DNA of 64,000 nt, taken from the NCBI GenBank assembly GCA_002269645.1, contig NIVC01000814.1, positions 124,001 through 188,000 on the forward strand, in the 5' to 3' direction. The stretch is from Macrostomum lignano (taxonomy: Eukaryota). Below the pieces are notes generated by a model. It ran no database searches. It was not told the origin of the DNA and saw only the letters and a list, made by a program, of their open reading frames with translations. A program made the translations under genes and the position numbers. How positions within the stretch are numbered: position 1 is the stretch's first letter; each line of letters opens with the position of its first letter. Positions 62,690 to 64,000 of this stretch are shown here, piece by piece.

Positions 62690-64000
62690 AATCCCTTGAT
62701 GATTCAGTGAGTCATTCCTAATCCCCTACTGATTCAGTGAGTCATCCCTAATCCCCTAATGATTCAGTGAGTCACCCCTAATCCCCTACTGATTCAGTGA
62801 GTCATCCCTAATCCCCTAATGATTCAGTGAGTCACCCTAATCCCCTAATGATTCAGTGAGTCACCCCTAATCCCCTAATGATTCAGTGAGTCATCGCTAA
62901 TCCCTTAATGATTCAGTGAGTCACCCCTAATCCCCTAATGATTCAGTGAGTCACCCCTAATCCCCTAATGATTCAGTGAGTCACCCCTAATCCCCTAATG
63001 ATTCAGTGAGTCACCCCTAATCCCCTAATGATTCAGTGAGTCACCCCTAATCCCCTAATGATTCAGTGAGTCACCCCTAATCCCCTACTGATTCAGTGAG
63101 TCATCCCTAATCCCCTAATGATTCAGTGAGTCACCCCTAATCCCCTAATGATTCAGTGAGTCACCCCTAATCCCCTAATGATTCAGTGAGTCACCCCTAA
63201 TCCCCTAATGATTCAGTGAGTCACCCCTAATCCCCTAATGATTCAGTGAGTCATCGCTAATCCCTTAATGATTCAGTGAGTCATCGCTAATCCCCTAATG
63301 ATTCAGTGAGTCATCGCTAATCCCCTAATGATTCAGTGAGTCATCGCTAATCCCCTACTAATTCAGTGAGTCGTCCCTAATCCCCTACTGATTCAGTGAA
63401 TCACCGCTAATCCCCTAATGATTCAGTGAGTCATCCCTAATCCCCTAATGTTTCAGTGAGTCATTCCTAATCCCCTACTGATTCAGTGAGTCATCCCTAA
63501 TCCCCTAATGATTCAGTGAGTCACCCCTAATCCCCTAATGATTCAGTGAGTCATCCCTAATCGCCTACTGATTCAGTGAGTCATCGCTAATCCCCTAATG
63601 ATTCATTGAGTCATCCCTAATCCCCTAATGATTCAGTGAGTCATCCCTAATCCCCTAATGATTCAGTGAGTCATCCCTAATCCCCTAATGATTCAGTGAG
63701 TCACCGCTAATCCCTTACTAATTCAGTGAGTCATCCCTAATCGCCTTCTGATTCAGTGAGTCATCGCTAATCCCCTACTGATTCAGTGAGTCATCCCTAA
63801 TCCCCTAATGATTCAGTGGGTCATCCCTAATCCCCTAATGATTCAGTGAGTCACCCCTAATCCCCTAATGATTCAGTGAGTCACCCCTAATCCCCTACTG
63901 ATTCAGTGAGTCACCCCTAATCCCCTAATGATTCAGTGAGTCATCCCTAATCCCCTAATGATTCAGTGAGTCATCCCTAATCCCCTACTGATTCAGTGAG
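62690..64000. repeat. Intronic minisatellite, 30-bp unit GATTCAGTGAGTCA(T/C)CCCTAATCCCCTAAT, ~43 copies to the window end
   Basis: Direct reading. Confidence 0.96.

Overview
Eukaryotic (metazoan) genomic DNA with GC-rich exons, GT-AG introns and a different micro/minisatellite in most introns. The style suggests a flatworm such as Macrostomum; this is inference, not shown. Six spliced genes were reconstructed by hand: a coiled-coil plus death-domain gene (-, 199-3174), a TBC1D8/9-type Rab-GAP (-, 5755-37977), a Suv4-20/KMT5B-C H4K20 methyltransferase (+, ~43109-45.3k), a PNPLA2/ATGL-like patatin lipase (+, 47726-51050), TMEM185 (+, 54153-56312) and Csk (+, from 60433, running off the window). 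The most unusual structure fills the 17.75-kb last intron of the TBC gene. It is a 14.5-kb head-to-tail array of eight 1.3-2.6-kb non-coding units with Helitron-like termini (5' TC, 3' hairpin plus CTCG). Each unit carries a (TTAGGG)n telomeric seed next to a hypervariable slot, and ~4.5 kb of the array is duplicated near-identically. Also present are MITEs with 8-bp TSDs, two tRNA-derived SINE families (one apparently seeding a minisatellite) and two intronic minisatellites made of tandem AG|GT splice-junction motifs. Most long ORFs in the supplied track are spurious read-through of repeats. Protein family calls rest on remembered family sequences; no database search was run.
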